Source: Selaginella moellendorffii
Lineage: Eukaryota > Plantae > Lycopodiophyta
Assembly (NCBI RefSeq): GCF_000143415.4
Contig: NW_003314264.1
Span: 476,774-540,773 of the forward strand
Direction: 5' to 3'
DNA length: 64,000 bases
Shown: positions 26,196 to 37,074 of the stretch, in pieces
Position numbering within the stretch: the first letter of the stretch is position 1
Layout: each line of letters opens with the position of its first letter
Notes under the pieces: generated by a model
The model's database searches: none
Seen by the model: the letters and a program-made list of their open reading frames with translations, nothing else
Told to the model about the DNA's origin: nothing
Made by a program: the position numbers and the translations under genes

Positions 26196-29100
26196 ATGGT
26201 AAGTCTTTTAGGCCAAGTAGAAAATGGCATGAGGCCACATGCCATTCAGTAGCAACATTGGCATGCACCGATTGGGCTCTCGAGTGCAGTCCGGTTACAG
26301 ATGGCATGTAGCCTCACGCCATCTTAGGATGCAGCCTCAAGACATCTGATGCAGTGGTGAATGGCGTGTGGCCTCACGTTATTTCCAGCTACTAGCTTTT
26401 CATCTGTCAGCTCTAATTGTTGTGCATTTCTGAACAGGCGAGGAATTGCGTTCTTCTTCCAGCCACTGTCAATGTGGATGCAGAGAAGGGGGAGGAGCTC
26501 ACCAGTTGGACTTTCGGGATGGAAGGCGAGGATCTGAGGCTGTACAACACAGATGGTGGGAGAAAAGAATGCATGGGGATCCTCATCCAAGTGACAGACA
26601 CTCCATGCAGTTCCATGCAAGAATATGGACTGGCACTTGTGGTAGAGACAGCGTCTGCCTTCAAGATCCACCTTGCACATCCTAGCGGCTTCCCGGAGGG
26701 GGGCAGCGGCTATGAGGAATTCCTAGAGGGAGCTAGGGAGAGGTTGTCCAGGAGGCCCACAATTTCAAAGACGCTGCGGGTCTATGAAGATCACATGGAA
26801 TCCACGGACCTCACCTACGGCGATGTTCAAAAACTATATTCCAACATTGAGCCGTTGAGAGTGACTCTAATTCGCGAAGCAAAGGGGAAGGGGGTCGATC
26901 TGGAAACTACCTCGAAGTAGAAAAGGGTGGTCAAGCTCAAGCCGACGTCCGACTCTCCTGCTCCAAAAAAGAAGCTACTCAGTGATGCCATTGCTTCGGG
27001 TTCGAACACTACACCCACCAAAAAGAAGAGCCGCAAAGAGCAGAAAGAGCAAGAAGAGGCAGCAAAAATCGTCGCAGATAATAGTACTTGTTACTATTCC
27101 AACAAAGTATATACAATCGACGTGAGCCGTATCGACATCCAAAGCAAATACAACCACAGGCTAGTATCTGATGAGTGGGTGGAGAAATTGAAGCAGAAGA
27201 TGCTGGCAAGTCCAGTAACACCCGACATCGTAGACGTGATCCCCTACTACCGAACAATGAAGGGCGAGACGAGGTTTCCAGACTTGATCAATAGGAAGGT
27301 GTTGGACGATCAGAACATCCGGTTCTATGCCGTCTCTGGGCAGCATTCTAGCTTGGCGATGCAAGAGATAGATGTGGATATTATGGTGGGCGAGGAGGTG
27401 AAGAAAGTCTTCAAGACAAGAGTTGTCCGCCTGATAAAAGGCAACTCGCCCCTCCGATCTATCATATACATCTCCCACGCGCAGAATGTCAAGCAAGAAA
27501 CGTGCTACAAATCGGGTCTGCACGAGACATTGGCACGAACACGGAAGCTCTGGGTTCAACTGAAGAAGCCACAAAAACCAGGACAAGGACGTGCACTAGC
27601 AACTAGCGCCTGGCAAGTAAGCCTCGTTGCATGTGGCATAGCATGTGGCCTCACGCCATTTCCATTGCAGGAATTCTCGAGTCTTCTCTCGAAAACACTG
27701 GGGGTCAATGACACACTCAGCATCCATAACATTCTACTCGCGACAAAAGTTGTTTTTGACAAATGGGTAGATGTGCTGAGGAGGTACCATGACGGGGAGT
27801 TGCCAAACTCAATGGGTGTGGAGGACGGCCGGAAGCCCAATGATTTGAAGCTCAACGCCTTGCGTTTCTCGCGGTCTCTAGACGACGACGACCTTCTGAC
27901 AGTGGCTAATGCTCTTCTACGTGGTGAGGTAGTCTTCAACAAGACCAAAATGACTCCCGGCCATATTGTGACATACGAGGACTTGTGCACGACTCTGAGA
28001 GCTCGTGCGCTATTGAAGGATTGGATCTTCGAGCAAGTGGCCGTGGAGAGGGTGAGCATCGACACCACGCAAGAGATGATGGAAGAGCTGGACTTGTCAA
28101 ATGAAGACATCGACGAGTACGTGAAGGGGGCCCCCAAGTTCATCGATCTGCTGCGGGATGCCACGAAAAGTAAAGCTGAGAAGTTGGATCAGTATCAAAA
28201 TTTCATTAAGAGGGATGTTGACCGCCGGCTTCAGAAATAGCTCGACCCTGCAGCAGAGGCCTATCGAGAACCTTACCGGGTATACTTGAATTCGGATGAG
28301 GATCAAAGGTGGAGGAGCATCGTTTCCCGCGGAGATGAGCAGGTCAAGAACATCTTTTGTGTGATGGACTTCACAAACGAGGAGATCACTCATGCAGACG
28401 AAGTCAGCTCCATCATTGACTTAATGGTGGGACTTGCGGAGGTGGAATCTTCAGTCCACTATATGATCTACGACTCCGAATCCTATCACAAGTTCTGGAA
28501 GGCCTTGAACGAGGTGAAGGCTCGGTTGAAAGGCAAGGAGATGCGGGAGATCCATGGGATAATGGCTAAGAAGAAGATACCGACGAATGTCCGCATCTTC
28601 ACACTCGCCCTTGTTATTGGTCCTGCAGTAGAGTGGGACTGGAGTGACTTCCCAGCTTCGTTCGACAAGGCCAATCGAATTGATCTGAGGGAGGTCAATT
28701 TACCCGTGCCTGAGGAACTGAAGACGGCTATGGAGCTTTCGAATCCAAAGAAAGCTCCAGGTGCAGCATGGGAAATGCTCAGCTGGGTCTTCAACGCAAT
28801 AGCGGGTGGGTCACCTGCTTCCGACTCCAAGGGCAAATGCGTTGTCGAGTATAACTGCGGCGGACTATTTTTTCGAGCCGCACTACTCAAGGGTGTCCCG
28901 TGTGTTGCGGTGACAAACTCCATTGAAGAGGTGACTTCAATGGAGCATATAATTACAGTTGCCAAAGAAAAACAGTATCTTCTCTGCGAACCTGGTGAGT
29001 ACACACTTTAAGTTTAAATGTTATCTCACAAGCTCTGTATGTAGGAGCGTGGCCACCCCCAGATGCTGAAATGGCGTTAACAGCTACTGTTGAAGATACC

Positions 29101-31803
29101 CATGTTGGGCCGAGCTCACAACCTGCACAAGGTAAGGTCACGTGAGGCCTCACGCCATTTTGATTATAGATCGTTGTGAATATTCAGACACGAGGACTGA
29201 AAAGCGCACTGGTGGCGCATCGAAGAAGGACAAACAGACAAGCAATAGGAAAAAAGGAGGTACAAATTATATTTGCAATGGCGTGTGGTCTCATGCCATT
29301 CCTTGCAGGAGAAACTTCTTCAAAGGCAAAACAGGCAAGCACCAGCCAAGCTCAAACTGACAGTGGTCATAAAAAGCGAAAGCACGTTGGACAGTCGTCG
29401 AGATCAGAGGCGTTTGATTCGAAAAGGAAGAAGGGCAACGAAAAGATGATAGGTAATGCCTCGCAGTTATGGCGTGTGTGCTCATGCCATTCATTGCAGA
29501 TCAAGGGCTGAGTGAAAGCAGGCAGTCACCACCTCCTGACTCAGATTCCTATGGTGGACTCCCCTTCCCCAATCTCAATGGAGAGGTACAATGGATGAGG
29601 GATGCTTTTCAAGTCAGGGCCACGTTTTTCTCATCTCGTCGTCTTCGAAGGGTGCAAGAACGTGCAGAAACCATGTTAAGACAGTCGGGTGAGGATTCGG
29701 TCCTAGGTCACGCACTAAAACAGGCTATGGATGTCTTGTATTTTGAGATGGAGACTCGGCCAGATGATTTTCCCAAGATGGTCCTGGAAGAACAAGCCAT
29801 CCAGCCTGAGCAGCCTATGGAAGAAATGCAGGAGGGGGATGAGGAGCCAGAGAAAGATAATGAGCAGGAAGAGCAGAAAGACGAAGAAGAGGATGAAGAA
29901 GAGGAGGACGAAGAGGACTTGGATGGTCCTCACAATGGTGACGATCACAATAACAACGACGACGATGATGACGACGATGGCCAGCCTAAGGTGGCCAAAG
30001 AGCAGCGGAGGAAAATCATACAAGATAAACCATCAGGTAAATAATAGTACATCCATTCCTAACCTTTTACCATTTCTAACATTGTCCATGTAGGTCGCAG
30101 AGCAAATGGTAAGTAGAGATTATTCAGTTGAATTTACAAACTCTAGCCTTTAGTGTCGAGGAAGGATAGTGCCAAGCAAGGGTCGAAACGTATGTCCAAT
30201 CCTTCAGAATCAGCAGTGCGCCCAAGTGATATCGGTCCTAGTTCCTCAATAGCAGTTGATGGTAAATACAGTATAGTCGATTCAATGTGCTAATGAGTTT
30301 GTTTTTAGTAGCACGGGAGGATACCATCTCAATCGAAGGGAGATATTTGGACATGCATATGGATCCGCCAGTGGACTCTACTTGGCTGCAAGAGTCATCA
30401 GAGCTGGTGGAGGCTACTATCCATATCAACGCCAAGCAAGCTGACCACGCTCCACTTGATGCTGCCCATACCACTGAGTCAATCTTGTCCACGTATCCAA
30501 CTGACGGTGACCAGGCGCCATTGGACCCACATGAGGCCGCCCCAACCGCCGAGCCGGTCGTATCCTCATTTCCAACGGACTCAACGTGTGCCCAATCGTC
30601 TGACTACGCGCCGTTGGAACCTCCCTACACCGCCCCTGCTGCCTGTTCGGTCATGTCCACTTTGCCAACGGAGGCACCAGCTGAAATGGTGTGTGATCAC
30701 ACGCCATCGGAACCACCCCATGCCACTGTTGAGCCAGTTGTACCAGAGTCTACAGCTGAAATGGCATGTGCCCACACGCCATCGGATGCGATTGACCCCA
30801 CATTGCAGAGGAGAGTATTTCCGCCCTTCACGTTTCCTCGACCAAAACCCTCTCAACGACCATCGGGAGCAACATTCGCTAATATTGTAGATGGTAAAAT
30901 TGACTTGTACCATTTTTTATGTTGACGCATTTCATTTCAGAGTCATGGCGAAGGTACTGTATCGTTTTTGATCTGAACGGTGTCCTTTTCTCCCATGAGC
31001 GTGGCTCGTCCTCGAATGTCATTGCACCCTCCAAAGCCTGCGGTCGCAAGTTGGTCAAAAGAGACAGATTCACATTAATCACACGGGAGAAACTGCGGGA
31101 TCTAATAATGACCATGCGACACTTAAAACAGAGGGCCGGGTTCAATTTGCAATTGGGAGTTTGGACATCCATGATGCGCCACAATGCATTAACGTTGCTA
31201 CAGATGATGCACGATCAGACGCGAGTAATATTACCATTTGACTTTCTCCTAACGCAGGAGGATTGCTTGACTATGGTCCATGTGAGGGGTAGCAAGCCCA
31301 TCTTCGTCAAGCCAGAGGTTGTAGTGATGAACCGGACTGCTAGCTCAAGTGAAATCCTCATCATCGATGACTCGCCGATTAAAACTGCAGCGAACACGCA
31401 CACATATGCAGTGCACCCCATCTCTTGCAGTATGGAAACTAGGGAGAAGAAACCGTATGTTCTGGGGGACGTTGCAAAACGGCTTGGAGCGATGGTGATA
31501 GAGAACCGGCCAGTCCAGGAGGTGGCTGCAGAAATCAACCAAATGGCAGATGGAACGGTATATCAGAAGCCATTTGATCGGACAGACACCAGTCATCATT
31601 TATGGCATGTATATTGTCTAGCCTAGCACTATCCGCATCTCCATAATCTGCTCAACCAGATGGGTTCTTCGACCACTGAACATGAGCGTGGACGTATTAG
31701 AGAAGAGATGGCATTACTATTGGGTTTAAATCCTGATAGTGTGGAGAGTGATGAAATTCCAAGATTATTGTATAGGCGTTGGAGGCAAAAAATAACAGTC
31801 TGA
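26196..31803 (+). pseudogene. Multi-exon accessory gene: ParB/Srx-like domain, degenerate methyltransferase-like region, acidic/Pro-rich linker, FCP1/NIF HAD phosphatase-like domain; 3 in-frame TAG stops
   Basis: ATG|GT at 26196, intron to 26437; YNHRLVSDEWVEKLKQKM...FYAVSGQHSSLAM; CVVEYNCGGLFFRAALLKGVPCVAV; IVFDLNGVL..GVWTS..LIIDDSPIK; stops at 26918, 28238, 31624 read through in frame. Confidence 0.75.
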
Positions 31804-32472
31804 GATGGCATGTATTTATTTAAAAATGTAACTTATTATGGCATGGGGTTCCATGCCATTGTATTAATATTAAAAGACAATTCTTTGAGAGGATTTGCAT
31901 TATACTAGAAGTGTTATAGCATGTTATTGGAAGTCTACGAAGTTGTTTTATTAATAATGGGAAAGTAAAGATTGAATGGGGACTTGGGCTCCACCTAGAC
32001 TCGGAGTAACTGAGCCAATATTAAAAGGATGGAACGAAATTAGACTACGATGACAAGGAGAAGAGAGAGGTGAAGCAGTGGCAGGGGGAGGAGAAGTGAT
32101 TGAGTAGACATTTCCTTGTTTAAAATAAAATGGCATGTGCCTCAATGCAGTTGAATTTTGTTATATTTATATACTATATAAAGGTTTGGAAACCTTATTT
32201 TAGAAGTGGGATAATGACAATTCCCACTTTAACGAAATAGAGCTTAAAAGCACTTCCACCATCAACATTTGGGCAGCATGCACAAGTTCTTGGCATGCAA
32301 TGTAGAAGGCAAGTGTTACAAGTTTAACTTGAGTGAGCTTCCCTCTATGTCAAATTGACCATTGTGACTTTGGCTGTCTCTTCGACTTTATTATACGTGA
32401 ATAAGAGCCAGGCATACAGCAAGCAGCGGCTGGCATTCCAGAATCCTTGCTTTGTTTTTTCTTGTCTTTGCA

Positions 32473-33595
32473 TCTTCTTCTCAACTGATGATGGCATATG
32501 AAATGGGAGAGCGTGAGTTCTTGAAGGAGGATCCAGTGTAAATGCTGCCCGCACTTTGGGCTGAATCCTTGCTTGGTGAATCAGTCCTATCGCTGGGTTG
32601 AGAATGTCGTGGCATCCATTCCAAATCAACTTGGGCCTTACCAGAGAGCATTCCATGGAATCACACCCGACAACAATGCGACACATGATCACTAAGCTTC
32701 TGGTACATATTTGATCAAACGGGAACTCGAAGGCCAGCTGCAGACCTCTTTGTCGATGCGAATCCAAGAAACATCAAAGTTCTCCTCCATGCCAAAGTTC
32801 TACAAGCTCTCTTTGTTTTCGAGAGAAACATTTCTGCTCATATTCTTTCCTCTTGAAGGTGTGTCGCCAAAAGTGTATGGAATGGAGTTCAAAGACAAGT
32901 TTGGGCGTATCCGGAAAGCTTGTCTTTCCCCCAAACGATCCAGCGAGGTAATTCCTTGCGCAGGTGCAATTGCAATTTGCAAGCCCCATAACTCCTAATG
33001 CTAAGTGGAATCAGACCTGGAAGCCATCTTCAAAGGCATTAGGATTTCCCAGAGGTCGGGAAACGTATGGCAGACAACCCCACAATTTACTTGTTCGTGC
33101 CATCGCCATCTTATGTTGAGGTCTCAACAAGTATAAGCGTCGGGATCACGTCCTTTGGGAGCTATATCGAGGGTGATAGCGGAGGAACACTAGCGCCCAA
33201 CGCGAGCTTCCTTTTTGAGAAGGTTAATGGCCCAACTTCCATGGGGGAGCTCTACCTGGCCACCATAAATGTGGATGACAATCCAGTCGTTCCAAGAGCC
33301 AAGAGATTTGCTTGCAGGCGCGGATGCAATGGTACAAACCTTTTCGTTATGATAATCAAACTCTCCCCTCCGGAGGAACAGTGATTTCTCCCAGCAGGAG
33401 CAATGCAAGTATGGGTGCCATCAACAGCACCCTTGCAGATTACTGTAAAAGAAATGTCGCAACTTTGTATCACTATCACGGTGGCTGCTTGATAAACAAG
33501 GTGGTAGGTTCCAACTTTAGGTACAAAACTTACGTGTGGTGGATGCTAGCGTTTTCTATATCTCGCCTGGAACCACTTTTGATGATGCTTGGATA
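32473..33595 (+). pseudogene. 3' part of decayed GMC oxidoreductase duplicate
   Basis: Close match to ~3350-4620 (MADNPTIYLFVPSPSYVEVS, YHYHGGC) with deletions and frameshifts. Confidence 0.92.
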
Positions 33596-33811
33596 TTTTG
33601 TTATTTCAAGAAAACTTTTTACTAAATGTTTTATATTGCTAAAATATTTTTTATTTAAAACTTGGAAACATAGCTATTAGAGTAAATTGTCAACAATACA
33701 TTATCCATTTAAACTTTATAATTATTTTAATATTAAAATGTATGTAATTAACTCTTTTTCAAGATTTACCTCAGAATTGAGTGTGTTTCCAAAGGTATTA
33801 AAGTTATAATA

Positions 33812-33814
<3 letters not shown>

Positions 33815-33875
<61 letters not shown>
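33815..33875. repeat. (TA)n microsatellite
   Basis: Direct inspection. Confidence 0.97.
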
Positions 33876-33877
<2 letters not shown>

Positions 33878-35309
33878 TCATTAAAATAATTATCCTACTT
33901 AGTTAAATATTTAAGATGGTAATAATTTTATTAAAATAAATTTATTCCAAAGGTATTTAAAGTTTATAATAATATTTTTGAGATATAATTATTTTAAAAA
34001 GATGTGTGAGGTCCAAGTGTATGATTATGATGCCATATACTAATATTAGCATAGTGGGATTTTGGTAACCATCAGATTAGTTTCAATTTAGACCACTCGC
34101 TTTTGTATATAAATTAGGGGTTTTGGGCTAACTGATATGCACAATTTTTGCATATATTTTTTTATATTCTATGCACTCATATTGATAGAGTTGAGGGACA
34201 ACTTTAATTGCCATTGAAGAGTACTGAGATTTGGGATTTTTTGTTTAGATTTAACTTTTATATTATCTAAATCTCCCTTTTTTTCTACTTTTTCTTTTGT
34301 GTTTGGTTTTTTTAATTCATCTTCATAGTAGAGTAGCAGCCTTTTCCTTTTGACTCTGGAGTAGTAGTTGATACAATTGCTCAATGCTCATATACTAGAG
34401 TTCTTCTATGATATATACTATTGGTTCGTATTATTATTGAGATGATATTTGTCATTTAGATGAGTTTCCCATGTGTCTTCAAGGGACAGTGTTGCAGTGG
34501 TACAATGGTTTGAGTGCAACCACTCATGAGGATTAGAGTATTCTCTCAGACATTTTTAAACGCACATTTGGACATGTTAATGATTGTGATGATACCTTTT
34601 AACAATTGCATCGTGTTCGTCAAGGGTCATCTAAGTTAGTGATGCAATTTGGCATTTATTTCTGAAACCTCTTGTTTTGGGAGGAGCTAAATATGTCAGA
34701 GCAAATCAAGCTAAGAATGTTGAGGCCAACACTTTGTGAAGATTTTGTAAGACTTATGCATGCACTTGCTCTAGCCACCCTTGACAATGCCCTTTGGTTG
34801 GCACAACATTCTAAAATATTATTTCTTCCACTTCTCGCTACACGTCCTTCAGCTCTATTTCATGTGGGAGATGGTCTTATTCTAATAAAGGTTGATGCTG
34901 TAGTTGCATGAGTTCAAGGATAAAGGTGAGGATATGGTCGTGACCGTGATATTCATTGTTGAGCGTGTAATGAAGTTAGTCACACTTATTGGTATTGTTA
35001 GTGTTTTTTGGATTGGCGACCTCTATTTCCTAGGTGGAAACTTTGGCATCAATAATATTTTATTGATGTTGTTGTAGTGGAAGGTCTAAACATTGAGATG
35101 CATTTGGGAAATAAAAAGTTGCACAAGTAGTAAAGAGACTTATGCAAATAAGTTAATGACCCCTCCATCTTTCTGTGAGACATAAAATCCCTAGGCCCCA
35201 AAGTGGAGCTGGAAGGGTGCCACGTGGTAGTGGCCGAAGCGAAAGCCAAACGAGCGTAACACGTTTGGACTAAAAGCTCCGCCTTGAAAGGTCGAGAGCA
35301 AGAGTGGAA

Positions 35310-37074
35310 TGTAAGCGACTAAATTTTCCATTCTACTTTAGTCACTTAACCACACCTCCGACCACTTGGAGGAGTCTCATTCACAACCTCCATCAGTCCA
35401 ATTCAGGACTTGGGACTTGCTAGCCCCAAGAATGGCATCCATGCCACTCAACACTTGCACCTGGTCCAAGTGCTCCTTGTGTCCGGTCCCAAGACCGACA
35501 CCCAAAGGTACCACTGACATCTCGGCCCGTTACACTAAGGCCATACCTATTCACCTTTGCTGCACTAGTGGTCCAATACCACTTGCATCACAATCCCGTC
35601 TCTCCAAGACTGGGCCATCTGTCCACGAGTGGTCATCCTAGATCCACTCCTTAGCATCCTTAGGATGCCCACAGACCTGGGGAATTGCCTTCCCCAAAGT
35701 CCCTTTGTCAGTTCCTACCAAGTCCCTTTCTGCCCTTGGCCGTGTTTGCCAACACTGCCACTGGATCGAGGCCCACAGGCCCGACCCCTAAGTCCCATGG
35801 TCCTCTGGGACTTCCTCACCACACGACTATGTCCTTGGTCACTACCCCAGAGGACTGCTCCTCTTCCTTTCCATAGTCTAGGCCTTTGGGACAACATTTC
35901 GGAACATCGTGGCCTTAGCGAGCCACCTGGGTACTCTCCCCGCCTTTCGCCTTTAGGTGCTCTAGCCATGGGCTTAGAGCGAGGTTCCGTTGAGCCACGC
36001 CTGGTATCCAAGTAGGTAGTGCCACCCACACTTTGACTGGGAGCATCGGCCAGTCGATCTCCCGGGGGAACTAGAGCCGGCTCTTGAACACTTCACCAAG
36101 CTACCCCGCTTGTCAGTCTGTATTCACTCTAGTCTTGGACTTCCCAGTGGTCAGTTCATCACCCAACACTGGGTCTGGCCTTCCTGGGCCAAACTGGCCT
36201 TTCCTGGCCAAACTGGCTCCACTGCAGTCCTCCCCCTTACTATACTTTTGGAGCTCACCAAACCCCCTAGGGTCTGGGAGACGAACGCTTTGGGCTTTCA
36301 CCCTCTCAGACTCGAACTCGGACTCAGACTCGGACTCGGACTCGGACTCGGGCTCGGGCTTGGTCTCAGCCTTGGCCTCGGTCCCGGTCTCGGTCCCGGT
36401 CTCAGTCCCGGTCTCGGTCCCGGTCTCGGTCTTGGTCTCGGTCTCGGTCCCGGTCTCGGTCTCGACCTCGAACTCCATCTCGGGTCCTTCTCGGACTCCA
36501 TCTCGGACTCCATCTCGGTCCATCTCGGACTCCATCTCGGACTCCGTCTCGGTCCATCTCGGACTCCATCTCGGGTCCATCTCGGACTCCGTCTCGGTCC
36601 ACCTCAGACTCCATCTCGGACTCCATCTTGGGTCCATCTCGGACTCCATCTCGGACTCCACCTCGGGTCCATCTCGGACTCCGTCTCGGTCCACCTCGGA
36701 CTCCATCTCGGACTCCATCTCGGGTCCATCTCGGACTCCATCTCGGTCCACCTCGGACTCCATCTCGGACTCCATATCAGACTCCACTTCGGGTCCATCT
36801 CGGACTCCGACTAGGGTCCATCTTGGACTCCATCTCGGACACTTCCACGTGTCATGTGTTGGTCCTTTTTGGGTCCCTTTTTGGAGCCTTACTTATTGCT
36901 TGCTTCGTGCTCGCTCCTTGAGCACTTTGTTGGGAGTTCCACTCCCGCTCTCGACCTTCCAAGTTAGAGCTTTTAGTCCAAACGTGTTACACTCGTTTGG
37001 GCTTTCGCTTCGGCCACTACCACGTGGCACCCTTTCCGGCTCCACTTTGGGGCCTAGGGATTTTGTGTCTCACA
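35310..37074 (-). mobile_element. Solo LTR of the same family, inserted inverted into the 5' LTR
   Basis: TG...CA ends; perfect TSD TGGAA (35305-35309 / 37075-37079). Confidence 0.9.
36305..36840. repeat. LTR-internal satellite (CTCGGA/CTCGGT hexamers, CTCGGACTCCAT 12-mers); also at 37180-37365, 43350-43400, 45945-46310
   Basis: Direct inspection; copy number differs between LTRs. Confidence 0.93.

Larger units (their letters stand above)
20368..32151. repeat. Dispersed 22-bp palindrome ATGGCRTG-NGGCCN-CAYGCCAT, ~23 copies
   Basis: Starts at 20368, 20684, 20737, 22079, 22136, 23973, 24043, 24141, 24753, 24828, 25427, 25506, 26224, 26301, 26361, 27638, 29137, 29278, 29469, 30686, 30761, 31838, 32130 (some degenerate). 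Confidence 0.92.
20191..32181. mobile_element. ~12 kb two-gene DNA transposon (DUF7869/Sola-like) with dispersed 22-bp palindromes
   Basis: Divergent transposase and accessory gene; palindromes confined to 20368-32151; lies between Copia RNase H and PPT; tentative AGGT duplication at 20187-20190/32182-32185. Confidence 0.75.

Noticed and set aside
22001-31626. In-frame stops as programmed readthrough, recoding or RNA editing
   Set aside because: The unrelated hAT shows the same pattern, so methylation-driven C-to-T decay is simpler.
20237-32000. GTCTAGG / CCTAGAC as terminal inverted repeats
   Set aside because: Only 7 bp, no TSD, and a palindrome copy (32130) lies outside.
20368-32151. Palindrome series as a CRISPR array
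   Set aside because: Irregular spacing (tens to thousands of bp), no uniform spacers, no cas genes, eukaryotic context.
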